Positions 48,037 to 57,157 of a stretch of DNA of 64,000 nucleotides are shown here, piece after piece. The notes beneath the pieces are model-generated. The model saw only the letters and a program-made list of their open reading frames with translations, made no database searches and was not told where the DNA came from. The number at the start of each line of letters is the position of its first letter. Positions within the stretch are counted from its first letter, which is position 1. Position numbers and translations under genes: made by a program. This DNA is from Dehalococcoidia bacterium (GTDB lineage Bacteria; Chloroflexota; Dehalococcoidia; Plut-88900). The DNA is taken from assembly GCA_965207225.1 (NCBI GenBank), contig CBDBLV010000004.1, forward strand, positions 384,001 to 448,000. The letters run 5' to 3'.

Positions 48037-48789
48037 CTACTTACCCCTGAACTCTTTGGACCTGCAAACTATCCTGTTCACATATATGCCAGGAGTGATA
48101 ATTTTGTCCGGGTCCAGGTCCCCCATCTCCACGATTTCGTCTACTTCGGCAATCGTGACCCGGGCCGCCGTCGCCGAGGTCACGTTGAAGTGGCGCATGT
48201 TGCCCCGGTACACGAGATTCCCTGCTTTGTCGGCCTTGTGGGCCCGAATGAGAGAGAAATCACCCTTGATAGCGTGTTCAAGGATGTACTCCTTACCGTC
48301 TATAGTCCTCGTCTCCTTGCCCTCCGACACGACAGTCCCAACTCCTACCGGAGACCAGAACGCCGGGATCCCTGCCCCCCCGGCCCGTATCCGCTCGGCT
48401 AGGATGCCCTGGGGGTTCATCTCTATATCTATAGTTCCTGCCTTGAATCCTTCTTCCAGGGGGTTGGGTTGCGGCGCGCCGGGAGCTATGGGGTACGAGA
48501 CAATCGCTTTGGATACCTGCCCGTTCTCCACCAGGACTCCCGGGTCTATCCGGAGAGCATCTCGCTTGGCCCCGAATACCACCCCGATCCCCGCCGTGTT
48601 CCCGACTATCGTCAGGTCTCTGGCTCCGTGGTCCCTCAACGCCCGGAGCAGTAACATCGGCATCCCGCCCGGCCCGCCGAAGTGCCCGATGATGACGGTG
48701 GATCCATCCTGGATATCCGCGACGGCTTCTGCAAAGGTTACGAAGACCTTGTCTGATCGCGCCCGACCCCTGAGCTTGGCGAGCGTCAA
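48037..48789 (-). CDS. 3-oxoacid CoA-transferase subunit A (second pair)
   Basis: AVADIQDG, PQGILAERIRAGGAGIPAF, KAD..GNL.Y..FN, TPGIYV. Confidence 0.9.
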   Translation of the reverse strand: MTLAKLRGRARSDKVFVTFAEAVADIQDGSTVIIGHFGGPGGMPMLLLRALRDHGARDLTIVGNTAGIGVVFGAKRDALRIDPGVLVENGQVSKAIVSYPIAPGAPQPNPLEEGFKAGTIDIEMNPQGILAERIRAGGAGIPAFWSPVGVGTVVSEGKETRTIDGKEYILEHAIKGDFSLIRAHKADKAGNLVYRGNMRHFNVTSATAARVTIAEVDEIVEMGDLDPDKIITPGIYVNRIVCRSKEFRGK

Positions 48790-49448
48790 ATCTGGACCTC
48801 TTTCAGTTTCTCACTGACATTGAGTTGTGCTCCTGTCACCGACTGCACCTCCTCGGGGGTGTAGCCGGGTGCTGTTTCCAAAAGCAGGAATCCTTCGTCG
48901 GTGACCTGAATCACGGCCAGATCGGTGACTACGAGGTCGACGCACGCTTTGCCTGTAAGCAGGTAATCGCACTCTTTGACAAGCTTCGGCTCACCACTCC
49001 GAGTCGTGTGTTCCATGGCCACGATCACCTTCTTTGCACCCGTCACCAGTTCCATCGCCCCGCCCACATTGCCCGATCCTCGGCCCGGCAGTATCCAGTT
49101 CGCCAGATCACCCTTCTCAGATACCTGGAACCCACCTAACACCGTAATGTCTACGTGGCCTCCCCGGATCATGTTGAAGGCGTCGGCGGAATTGAAGAAG
49201 GAGATGCCGGGGGTGGAAGTGATGAACTGGGTGCCGGCGTTAATCAGGTTCGGGTCCTGCTGGTCGGGTTCTGCCAGGGGCCCGTAGCCCAGCACACCGT
49301 TCTCTGAATGAAGCCAGACTTTCCGCCCCTCGGGCAGGAAATTGGAGCAGAGGGTCGGGATGCCCGCGCCAAGGTTCACCACGTCCCCGTCGCGGAACTC
49401 TCGGGCCACGCGGAGAGCTATGGTGTTTCTGTCGAGCTTCTGCTTCAC
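48786..49448 (-). CDS. 3-oxoacid CoA-transferase subunit B (first pair)
   Basis: VNLGAGIPT, SENG, RGGHVD, GDLANW, GGAME. Confidence 0.92.
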   Translation of the reverse strand: MKQKLDRNTIALRVAREFRDGDVVNLGAGIPTLCSNFLPEGRKVWLHSENGVLGYGPLAEPDQQDPNLINAGTQFITSTPGISFFNSADAFNMIRGGHVDITVLGGFQVSEKGDLANWILPGRGSGNVGGAMELVTGAKKVIVAMEHTTRSGEPKLVKECDYLLTGKACVDLVVTDLAVIQVTDEGFLLLETAPGYTPEEVQSVTGAQLNVSEKLKEVQI

Positions 49449-49449
49449 T

Positions 49450-50181
49450 TCACCCGACCCTGATTTTCGATTCCGGGATGTGGACTATCCTCTGGACGTA
49501 AACTCCGGGTGTCACCACCTCCTCGGGGTCCAACTCCCCGATCTCCACCAACTCCTCCGTTTCTACGATGGTGATTCGAGCCGCAGCCGCCATTATCGGA
49601 TTAAAGTTGCGGGACGTGCCCTTATAGACCAGGTTGCCCAGCCTGTCCGCCTTGTAGGCGTGCACCAGTGCAAAATCTCCCCGAAGCGGCGGCTCTAGTA
49701 TGTATTCCTCTCCGTCGAATATCCTCTTCTCCTTCCCCTCTTCCATCAGCGTCCCAACCCCGACTTTCGTGTAAAAACCCCCAAGGCCCGCTGCCGCTAT
49801 CCTCATCCTCTCCGTCATGGTGCCCTGGGGCAGGGCCTCTATCTCCGCTTTTCCTTCGGCTAACAGCAGTTCGAAGGGCGAGGGGTTTGAGGGTCTCGGT
49901 GAGACCGGGAAGGAAGATATGCCCTTTTTGATCTGCCCGTTTTCCGCCAGCGCTGCCACATCGGCGATGCCGCTCGGCCGTCCCGAGCTGGCCGCCCCGC
50001 TGCCCAGCCCCATGCTGTTGCTTACAATGGTCAGGCCTCGCGCCCCGAGGTCTCGGAGGGCCAGAATCAGGTGCCCAGGATGACCCCCGATGCTACTGAA
50101 CCCGCCGATGAAGACGGTGGCGCCGTCCGGGATGTCGGCCACGGCGGATGCTGCGTCTGGATATACCTTGTCTGTGGGCAT
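49450..50181 (-). CDS. 3-oxoacid CoA-transferase subunit A (first pair)
   Basis: DIPDGA..IGGF, PQGTMTER, ADRLGNLVY..RNFNP, TPGVYV. Confidence 0.9.
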   Translation of the reverse strand: MPTDKVYPDAASAVADIPDGATVFIGGFSSIGGHPGHLILALRDLGARGLTIVSNSMGLGSGAASSGRPSGIADVAALAENGQIKKGISSFPVSPRPSNPSPFELLLAEGKAEIEALPQGTMTERMRIAAAGLGGFYTKVGVGTLMEEGKEKRIFDGEEYILEPPLRGDFALVHAYKADRLGNLVYKGTSRNFNPIMAAAARITIVETEELVEIGELDPEEVVTPGVYVQRIVHIPESKIRVG

Positions 50182-50315
50182 GTCGGCCTGCCGATACGGG
50201 ATTTTATCACGCCTACAATCCGAATCTCCCACGTTGACACAGACCCCCGCCCATCCCTACGATTAACCCCGACCAGACTTTCTTCAAACCCCCTCAAGCA
50301 ACAGGGAAAACATCC

Positions 50316-51452
50316 ATGACGACCAAGATAATCGACGCCGACAGCCACATCCTTGAACCCCCCGACCTCTGGCTCACCTACCTCGAACCCGAACTCAGAG
50401 ACCGAGCCATGTGTGTGAAGACCGATTCCCAGGGGCTGGAATACCTGGAAGTGGACGGCAAACCCGCCTCGGGGGTTAAGGGTGGGATGCTTGCCAACAT
50501 CGCCGGTGCAGGGCGCACCGACCTGGAGCATTTCCTGACTCCCGGCGCAGTGCCCTATGCGCAGGCCCGGGCGGAGGCGCCTCCGTCGGGAGACCCCGAT
50601 GCACGACTCAGGTGGCTCGACGACGAGGGCTCCGACAGCACCTTCCTCTACCCGTCCCTCGGGCTCGACTGGCCCCAGGACTGCCGGGACCCGATCATGG
50701 CCGCCGCCTACACCCGGGCCTACAACAACTGGCTCAATGACTTCTGCTCCACAGACCCCGAACGCCTGCTCCCCATAGCCCACATTTCATTGTTGGACGT
50801 GGAGGAAGGGGTAAAGGAGCTCGAAAGGGCCCACGGCCTGGGAATGAAAGGGGCCTATCCTCCGGTCGTGCCCTTCAACGGCATCCCATACGGAGAGCCC
50901 CACTACGACCGCTTCTGGGCCACCGCCGAGGACCTTGGTGTGCCCATCAGCCTTCACGTAACCGGCAACGTCCACGGTGTCGGGGGCGACCTTTATCCCA
51001 GGGCTTATACAGCCCCCTTCTGGTGGTTCCTTGTGACCGACATGGGCGACGTTCTCATCGCCTTCACCAGCCTCTTTCAGGGCGGGCTCTTCGAAAGGTT
51101 CCCCGCTTTGAAAATCGTCGTGGTGGAGACGGGGTCCGGGTGGCTGCCCTACTGGCTGGAAAGAATGGACGGCTTCTTCGACAAGATAGGCTTCACCACG
51201 CCTCTCAAGATGCGTCCCTCCGAATACTTCAAGCGACAGTGCTGGATCGTCGTAGACCCCGACGAAACAACCGCTCCTTACACCATCAACTTCGTCGGGG
51301 CCGACAGGTTCATGTGGGGCTCCGACTACCCCCACACCGAGGGTGAAGCCGGGGCCCTGGACGAGCTGAAGGAGAACCTGGAGTCCCTTCCCGAGGACGT
51401 CCAGGGGCGGGTGCTCGGGGGCAACGCCGCGGAGCTCTATGGGCTTAGTTAG
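50316..51452 (+). CDS. Amidohydrolase family protein (Amidohydro_2)
   Basis: IDADSHILEP, YNNWL, FERFP.LK..VE, WGSDYPH. Confidence 0.9.
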   Translation: MTTKIIDADSHILEPPDLWLTYLEPELRDRAMCVKTDSQGLEYLEVDGKPASGVKGGMLANIAGAGRTDLEHFLTPGAVPYAQARAEAPPSGDPDARLRWLDDEGSDSTFLYPSLGLDWPQDCRDPIMAAAYTRAYNNWLNDFCSTDPERLLPIAHISLLDVEEGVKELERAHGLGMKGAYPPVVPFNGIPYGEPHYDRFWATAEDLGVPISLHVTGNVHGVGGDLYPRAYTAPFWWFLVTDMGDVLIAFTSLFQGGLFERFPALKIVVVETGSGWLPYWLERMDGFFDKIGFTTPLKMRPSEYFKRQCWIVVDPDETTAPYTINFVGADRFMWGSDYPHTEGEAGALDELKENLESLPEDVQGRVLGGNAAELYGLS

Positions 51453-51470
51453 TCTGGACTCGGCCCACCC

Positions 51471-52433
51471 ATGAACATCCTTCTATGCAGCGATGGGTTT
51501 CCTTACGTCGTCAGCGCTCTGCGTAATTACCTGCAGAATGACACCATCATCCCTTCGGCCATCCCTGATCTACCCCAGCATCTGCCTTCATCCGACGTCA
51601 TCATCCCTGCCATGCACTTCATCAGCTCTGAGGTGATGGACGCTTCCGCGGCCCGGATGATTCACCAGTTCGGGGTCGGGCTGGAGGGTGTGGACATAGG
51701 CGCTGCCACGGAACGGGGCATCTACGTTGCCAACGTGCCTGGCTCCATCGCCATGAGCAACGCCATATCCGTCGCCGAGCACGCCATTTTCCTCATGCTA
51801 GCCCTCGCCCGAAACTACCCAAAGGCCCGAGAAAACCTGGCAAGAGGGGTGTGGGGCCAACCCCAGGGGCTCGGGATTAAAGGCAAGACCGTTTGTATAT
51901 TGGGCATGGGCAATATAGGAAAAGCCCTGGCCCGACGCCTCCGCCCCTTCGAGGTTACCCTGCTGGGCATCAAAAGAGACCCGGCCTCCGGCGTCGAGCC
52001 GGATTTGGGTCTCGAATTCCTCGGCAGTCCCGCAGACTTACCGGCCGTGCTGCCCCGTGCAGATTTCGTTGTCCTGGCCCTCCCCCTCACCCCCGAGACC
52101 CGCTCCATCATCGGCGCCCGGGAGCTTGCCGCCATGAAGAACAGTGCCTATCTGGTAAACGTCGGGCGAGGTGCGGTTATCGACCATGACGCCCTGGTCG
52201 AGGCCCTGGCCTCAGGCCAAATCGCAGGAGCAGGCTTGGACGTTTTCTGGGAAGAGCCCGTCGACCCCTCAGACCCGGTCTTCCAGTACAACGTCATCGC
52301 AACCCCCCACGTCGCCGGCGTCACAGACACTTCTTACGACGAAATTGCCAAGGGCCTCGCGGACAACGTGGAGCGGCTGCGCTCCGGTCAGCCTCCCATC
52401 AACTGCGTCAACCTCTCCCAGCTAACCCGCTAG
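51471..52433 (+). CDS. D-isomer-specific 2-hydroxyacid dehydrogenase
   Basis: SVAEH, GMGNIG, LVNVGRG, GLDVF.EEP, TPHVAG. Confidence 0.92.
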   Translation: MNILLCSDGFPYVVSALRNYLQNDTIIPSAIPDLPQHLPSSDVIIPAMHFISSEVMDASAARMIHQFGVGLEGVDIGAATERGIYVANVPGSIAMSNAISVAEHAIFLMLALARNYPKARENLARGVWGQPQGLGIKGKTVCILGMGNIGKALARRLRPFEVTLLGIKRDPASGVEPDLGLEFLGSPADLPAVLPRADFVVLALPLTPETRSIIGARELAAMKNSAYLVNVGRGAVIDHDALVEALASGQIAGAGLDVFWEEPVDPSDPVFQYNVIATPHVAGVTDTSYDEIAKGLADNVERLRSGQPPINCVNLSQLTR

Positions 52434-53092
52434 GGCACCAGGATTTCGTCCTTCCAGCCATCTGCGGTCCTGGTGTAGCGATGCCTGTCGTGGAGCCTCC
52501 CCTCCCCCGAGTGCCAGGTCTCGATCTGTTCGGGCACCACGTAGACACCTACTAGGGAGTCCGGCAGGGGTACGTCGTTCTCGTCCGGATACTTCTTTTC
52601 TAATTCTTCTATACCAGCAACAAGTCGATCCCGGGAAGGGACAACTGTGGTCTGTGGCTCGAATGTCGGGTAGTAATGCTCCAGCAGCTTGGACCCGTGG
52701 GTCTTGCGTTCCCAGTACCGACGCCTGTCCTCTTCATCCATCGGAGATAGCCGGCCCCTGATCCTGTACTGCCTCGACACCGTCGGCCAGTACATCAGCA
52801 GCTCAAACCCCCGCCCCGACTGCACCTCCGCCCACTTCACGCTGAGACCGTTGATCAGCACCCCGAAGCCCCGGTGGTCGATATCCCTCAGCGACAGCGC
52901 CCTAACGGTCCCGCCTCCTTCCTTAGTCACCGTAGCCAGAAAACAGACGTTGGCATTCAGGTCACCCTTTTCCCGGGCCTTCTCTCTCTCCGAAATTATC
53001 TCGTCTATCGGGTCCAAAGTTCTCTCCCTATTAAATCCATCAAATTCGGTCTGATTTGAAACTCTGTTGACTAAATTGGACTTCCCATCCAT
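52430..53092 (-). CDS. Pyridoxamine 5'-phosphate oxidase family protein (PdxH-like)
   Basis: LAT, YWP..RQYRI.G, P..IETW..RLHDR..Y, W...L.P; start uncertain. Confidence 0.78.
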   Translation of the reverse strand: MDGKSNLVNRVSNQTEFDGFNRERTLDPIDEIISEREKAREKGDLNANVCFLATVTKEGGGTVRALSLRDIDHRGFGVLINGLSVKWAEVQSGRGFELLMYWPTVSRQYRIRGRLSPMDEEDRRRYWERKTHGSKLLEHYYPTFEPQTTVVPSRDRLVAGIEELEKKYPDENDVPLPDSLVGVYVVPEQIETWHSGEGRLHDRHRYTRTADGWKDEILVP

Positions 53093-53148
53093 ATCGGTGT
53101 ATCATATGTTCAATATAAACAAATATATCACCCCTAGGACTCCCTGCC

Positions 53149-54396
53149 ATCACTACAACCCGCAATCGCCCCGGCCGTCCCCGACACCGTAAACCCCGCC
53201 CCCGCCCCGACTCCTCCTCATCGAACGGGCATACCGTTACTGCTCTTCCTGCAGCAAGGCCCCGCGTCGAAGGCCCCCCGGGACAATTTGGCAGTATAGC
53301 CGTCTCCGCACCCCTGGCCCGTGCCCTTGCCGACATGGGCTACGAGACCCCCACCCCCATCCAGGAGCAGACCGCGCCCATTCTCTTTGAAGGCAAAGAC
53401 CTGGTTGGGCAGGCGCAGACCGGCAGCGGCAAGACCACCGCCTTCGGACTGCCCATGATCGAGAGGGTAGACCCCGATCAGACCCATATCCAGGGCCTCG
53501 TCCTGGTCCCGACCCGTGAGCTGGCCCTCCAGGTCACGGGCGAACTCAACCGACTCTCCGCCTACGCAGGCATCTCCGTGGTCGCCATTTACGGCGGGGA
53601 GCCCATAGTCAGGCAATTCAAAGCCCTTGACAGGGGAGCCCACGTGATAGTCGGGACTCCGGGTCGGGTCATCGACCACCTCACCCGCGGGACCATCGAT
53701 TTGTCTCAGGTACGCTTTGCCGTCCTTGACGAGGCCGACGAAATGCTGGACATCGGCTTCGCCCAGGACATGATTAAAATCCTCCGCCGCACGCCAAGAA
53801 ACCGCCAGACCGCCCTCTTCTCCGCCACCGTTCCCACCTTCATCCGACGCCTCATCTACTACCACCTCAAAGACCCGGTCTGGGTCCGCATCGGCGAAGC
53901 CATTGAGACCGTCCCCGAGACCGAGCAGCTTTACTGCGAAGTCGCCGAGAGGGACAAGCTGGCCGGTCTCCTCGAAGTTCTCGGGGAGCCCGACACCCAG
54001 GACCACTCGATAATCTTCTGCCGGATGCAGACCCGAGTCGACCGCCTGGCAAGGGAACTCAGCCGGCACGGCTACGACTGCCGTGGCATACACGGCGGCA
54101 TGCGGCAGGGAGAGCGGGACTCGGTGATGCGGGGGTTCAGGCAGGGCAACCCCAAGATACTGGTCGCCACCAATGTCGCCGCCCGTGGCCTCGACGTACC
54201 GACCATCAAGTGCGTAGTCAACTTTGATATGCCCGACAACGTCGAAGACTACGTCCACCGCATTGGCCGCACGAGCAGGATGGGTCGGCCGGGCACCGCC
54301 ATCACCCTGGTCAGCGAATGGAACCTCGAAGCCTTCGACCTGATCAAGGAAAAGATGGGCGATCAGCTGAGTGCACTCAAGCTGAGTCTTTACTAG
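53149..54396 (+). CDS. DEAD-box RNA helicase (first ATG at 53335; probable upstream non-AUG start)
   Basis: PTPIQ, AQTGSGKT, PTRELA, GTPGR, DEAD, SAT, ARGLD, HRIGRTSR. The Q-motif Phe lies upstream of the ATG. Confidence 0.92.
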   Translation: MTTTRNRPGRPRHRKPRPRPDSSSSNGHTVTALPAARPRVEGPPGQFGSIAVSAPLARALADMGYETPTPIQEQTAPILFEGKDLVGQAQTGSGKTTAFGLPMIERVDPDQTHIQGLVLVPTRELALQVTGELNRLSAYAGISVVAIYGGEPIVRQFKALDRGAHVIVGTPGRVIDHLTRGTIDLSQVRFAVLDEADEMLDIGFAQDMIKILRRTPRNRQTALFSATVPTFIRRLIYYHLKDPVWVRIGEAIETVPETEQLYCEVAERDKLAGLLEVLGEPDTQDHSIIFCRMQTRVDRLARELSRHGYDCRGIHGGMRQGERDSVMRGFRQGNPKILVATNVAARGLDVPTIKCVVNFDMPDNVEDYVHRIGRTSRMGRPGTAITLVSEWNLEAFDLIKEKMGDQLSALKLSLY

Positions 54397-54417
54397 CCGC
54401 TGCCCGGCGCCCGACCC

Positions 54418-54789
54418 TCAATTCTCGACCTCCCCCTTCACCCGACTCGCGCTTACAATCGCCCCTGCCGTGGCAAGTATGGTGATATAGAAGACCCCAC
54501 CCACCGCCGCCCCGATCACCAGCGCCCCCGTCCCGCCCGATATCACACCTGTCGAGAAGGTCAGAGTTACCATTACCACCACCGCGACCAGTGCCAGCAG
54601 GAGCCAAAGCGCAAACCCGAAGGCCAATCCCGCCCCGAACGCTGACTCTGGTCTGCTCCTCCACCTGCCTATCGCAATAAACCCCCCGACAAACGGCCCG
54701 ATAGGCCCACTTATGAAGTGGACTACAGGAATGATCAGCAACAGTACCGTTACGCCGAGAGCCACGAAAACTGCGCTGACCAGTTGCAT
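54418..54789 (-). CDS. Small hypothetical membrane protein
   Basis: 123 aa, mostly hydrophobic, in a run of minus-strand genes. Confidence 0.7.
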   Translation of the reverse strand: MQLVSAVFVALGVTVLLLIIPVVHFISGPIGPFVGGFIAIGRWRSRPESAFGAGLAFGFALWLLLALVAVVVMVTLTFSTGVISGGTGALVIGAAVGGVFYITILATAGAIVSASRVKGEVEN

Positions 54790-54807
54790 CCTTTACCTGT
54801 TGCTCCC

Positions 54808-55794
54808 CTAGCCCCCAAGCCCCGTGGCCAGGGCCCCGACCGCAATCGAGTCCAGCCCCGCGTCTATGGTCTCCCAGTGCTCCCCTGCATCCGGGCTGAC
54901 GTAGAGCTTGCCGGAGTCCGTGCCTGCGTAGACCCGGTCTGCATCGTGAGGGTCCCAGGCATAGGCAATGACCATGTCGTCATCCTCCCCGATGTCCAAC
55001 TGCGCCCAGTTTTCACCGGCGTCCGTGGACATATAGGCGTGCGCCCCAGACCTTCGCCCCGGGTTGTCGGACACCGATGCGAACACCCTCCTGTAGTCCG
55101 AGGGAGCCACAGAGACCGGCACCGAGTAGCGTCTCGCCAGCCCGGCATTGATGTGAGTCCATGTGTCGCCGGCGTCATCGCTCCGATACGGGCCGTTGGC
55201 CGTTGCCGCGTAGACGGTCTCGGGACTGCTTTCACTTACGTGAATGGTGTGGATATCGGGGTCGGTGCCGGTTAGTTGCTCCCAGCTGGAACCTCCGTCC
55301 CGGCTCCTCACGATTCCGCCAACCTCAATGCCCGCATACATTAGGTCCCGGGCGCCTGGCCCGAACCTCAGCTCTCGCACATGCGACTTCCTGTTCCCGT
55401 GGAACTCCCACTGAGCAGACCCCGGCACGGCAGTGAAGGCTTTGCATTCCTCCCAGGTCTCCCCACCGTCCGTAGAGCGGTGAAGGGATGCAGGTTCCGC
55501 ACCGGCGTAGACCATGTCCCCGTCCCCAGAGTCAACGGCTACGCTATGAGCATAGGGTTCGGGGTAGGACTTCAGCCCGTGCCACGTGGCCCCACCGTCA
55601 TCGCTCCTCCATAGCCCCGACTCGTAGGCCGCCAGGTACACCCGGCCCGCCTTTGCTCCTGAGACGGCAATCCTCGCCGCGGCGTGCTCCAGCTTGAGTT
55701 CCCCGACCTGTTCCACCCCTCCTCCATTCCTGTCCACGTCGATCGTCCGTATCCCGTCAACGGTCCCTATGTAGAGTCTCGTCGAGTCTGTCAT
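54808..55794 (-). CDS. BNR/Asp-box repeat beta-propeller protein
   Basis: Six RSxDGGxTW-type Asp boxes. Confidence 0.88.
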   Translation of the reverse strand: MTDSTRLYIGTVDGIRTIDVDRNGGGVEQVGELKLEHAAARIAVSGAKAGRVYLAAYESGLWRSDDGGATWHGLKSYPEPYAHSVAVDSGDGDMVYAGAEPASLHRSTDGGETWEECKAFTAVPGSAQWEFHGNRKSHVRELRFGPGARDLMYAGIEVGGIVRSRDGGSSWEQLTGTDPDIHTIHVSESSPETVYAATANGPYRSDDAGDTWTHINAGLARRYSVPVSVAPSDYRRVFASVSDNPGRRSGAHAYMSTDAGENWAQLDIGEDDDMVIAYAWDPHDADRVYAGTDSGKLYVSPDAGEHWETIDAGLDSIAVGALATGLGG

Positions 55795-55815
55795 CTGCTC
55801 TCCTCCTCTATTCCG

Positions 55816-57108
55816 TCAGGCTGCTCTGGCGGGCGCATTGGCCTGGGGCATAGGTCGCGCCGCCTGCAGGGTCAAGATTCCCAGCCCGAATATCGCTATC
55901 ACCACTATGAAACCGATGTCGTAACTTCCCCAGAGGTCGAAAGAACCGCCCATCAGCAGCGGCCCGAGCAAGGATGAGGATACCGTAGCCAGCGTCACCA
56001 GGCCATATATCGTCCCGAAGTTTTTCAGCCCGACCGTGTCCTGTGTCAGTATCGGCATCGCCGTGCCCATCCCCCCGAAACCCACCCCCAGCACCGGCGC
56101 AAAGACGTACAGCGACGGCGACCCGGGCAGCATAATAAGTGCAACGAGGGCAACGCACTGTATGAACAGCGACAGCCCAAGCACCTTGCGAGAGGCAAAG
56201 CGCTCCGTAAGGAAGCCGAAAGAGACCTTCCCTCCCATCCCGAATATCGCCATGATGCTTAGGAACAGGGTTGCGCGTTCCTGGCTCAGCCCCTCGGCCT
56301 CAAGGTGGGGAATGATCTGGCTCAGCACCGAAGAGTAGGCGAAGTTGGCGGCGATTATCCCGAAAGTCATTGCGTAGAAGGTATGGCTTCGGAATGCCTC
56401 ACTGACCGTGGCTCCTCTGTCGATAGCCAGGACCGGGCCCCGTGCCTTGGATTCCCCTGGCGGCGAGTCATTCCCTCCCCGATTGTCCCGCACGAACATC
56501 ACGGCCAGCACCCCCACCAGCCCCGACAGCGCCCCCAGGGCTATGAACCCCGAACGCCACGTCGTCGCCATTATCAGGGCGCCCAGGGAGGGCGGCAGGA
56601 TTATCCCACCGAAGTTGGCGCCCATGGACGCGATACCCATCATCCGCCCCCGGGTCCTCGGGAACCAGTTCCCGACCAGTTTCGGGCCCGCCAGCATCGA
56701 CGCCCCGGGAAACGCTACGAAATGGACGAAGCTCAGCAGGTACCAGTGCCAGACGTTCTCCATCAACGGCCGCAGCCCGAATGTCAGGGCCAGGGTCAGG
56801 ATGCAGATGGTCATTACGGGTCGGGCCCCGTACCTGTCCAGCGCCCGACCTATGAACGGCGCCACCAGCGCCGAAACTGCGGAAAACGACAGGGAAGCCG
56901 TCACCTCCGTCCGGCTCCACCCGAATTCCTTTTCCAGAGGCTCGACGAAGACACCGAAGGCGTAGTGAGTGCCGCCAATGGCTGCGGCCATCCCCAGGAA
57001 CACCACCCCGATGACCACCCAACCCTGGTCGGGCCGGACAGACCTGAGCCCCGACAACAACCCTCCTTCGCCCAACGACTCCTGTGACAGGCTGCTCTTT
57101 GTGCTCAC
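55816..57108 (-). CDS. MFS transporter
   Basis: About 12 TM helices; EFGWSR, GRALDRYGAR, WFPRTRG. Confidence 0.92.
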   Translation of the reverse strand: MSTKSSLSQESLGEGGLLSGLRSVRPDQGWVVIGVVFLGMAAAIGGTHYAFGVFVEPLEKEFGWSRTEVTASLSFSAVSALVAPFIGRALDRYGARPVMTICILTLALTFGLRPLMENVWHWYLLSFVHFVAFPGASMLAGPKLVGNWFPRTRGRMMGIASMGANFGGIILPPSLGALIMATTWRSGFIALGALSGLVGVLAVMFVRDNRGGNDSPPGESKARGPVLAIDRGATVSEAFRSHTFYAMTFGIIAANFAYSSVLSQIIPHLEAEGLSQERATLFLSIMAIFGMGGKVSFGFLTERFASRKVLGLSLFIQCVALVALIMLPGSPSLYVFAPVLGVGFGGMGTAMPILTQDTVGLKNFGTIYGLVTLATVSSSLLGPLLMGGSFDLWGSYDIGFIVVIAIFGLGILTLQAARPMPQANAPARAA

Positions 57109-57157
57109 GTTGGGGTTGCTAGCGTTGAATTGGAGGGCCGTCGTCCGGTTCCCGACA

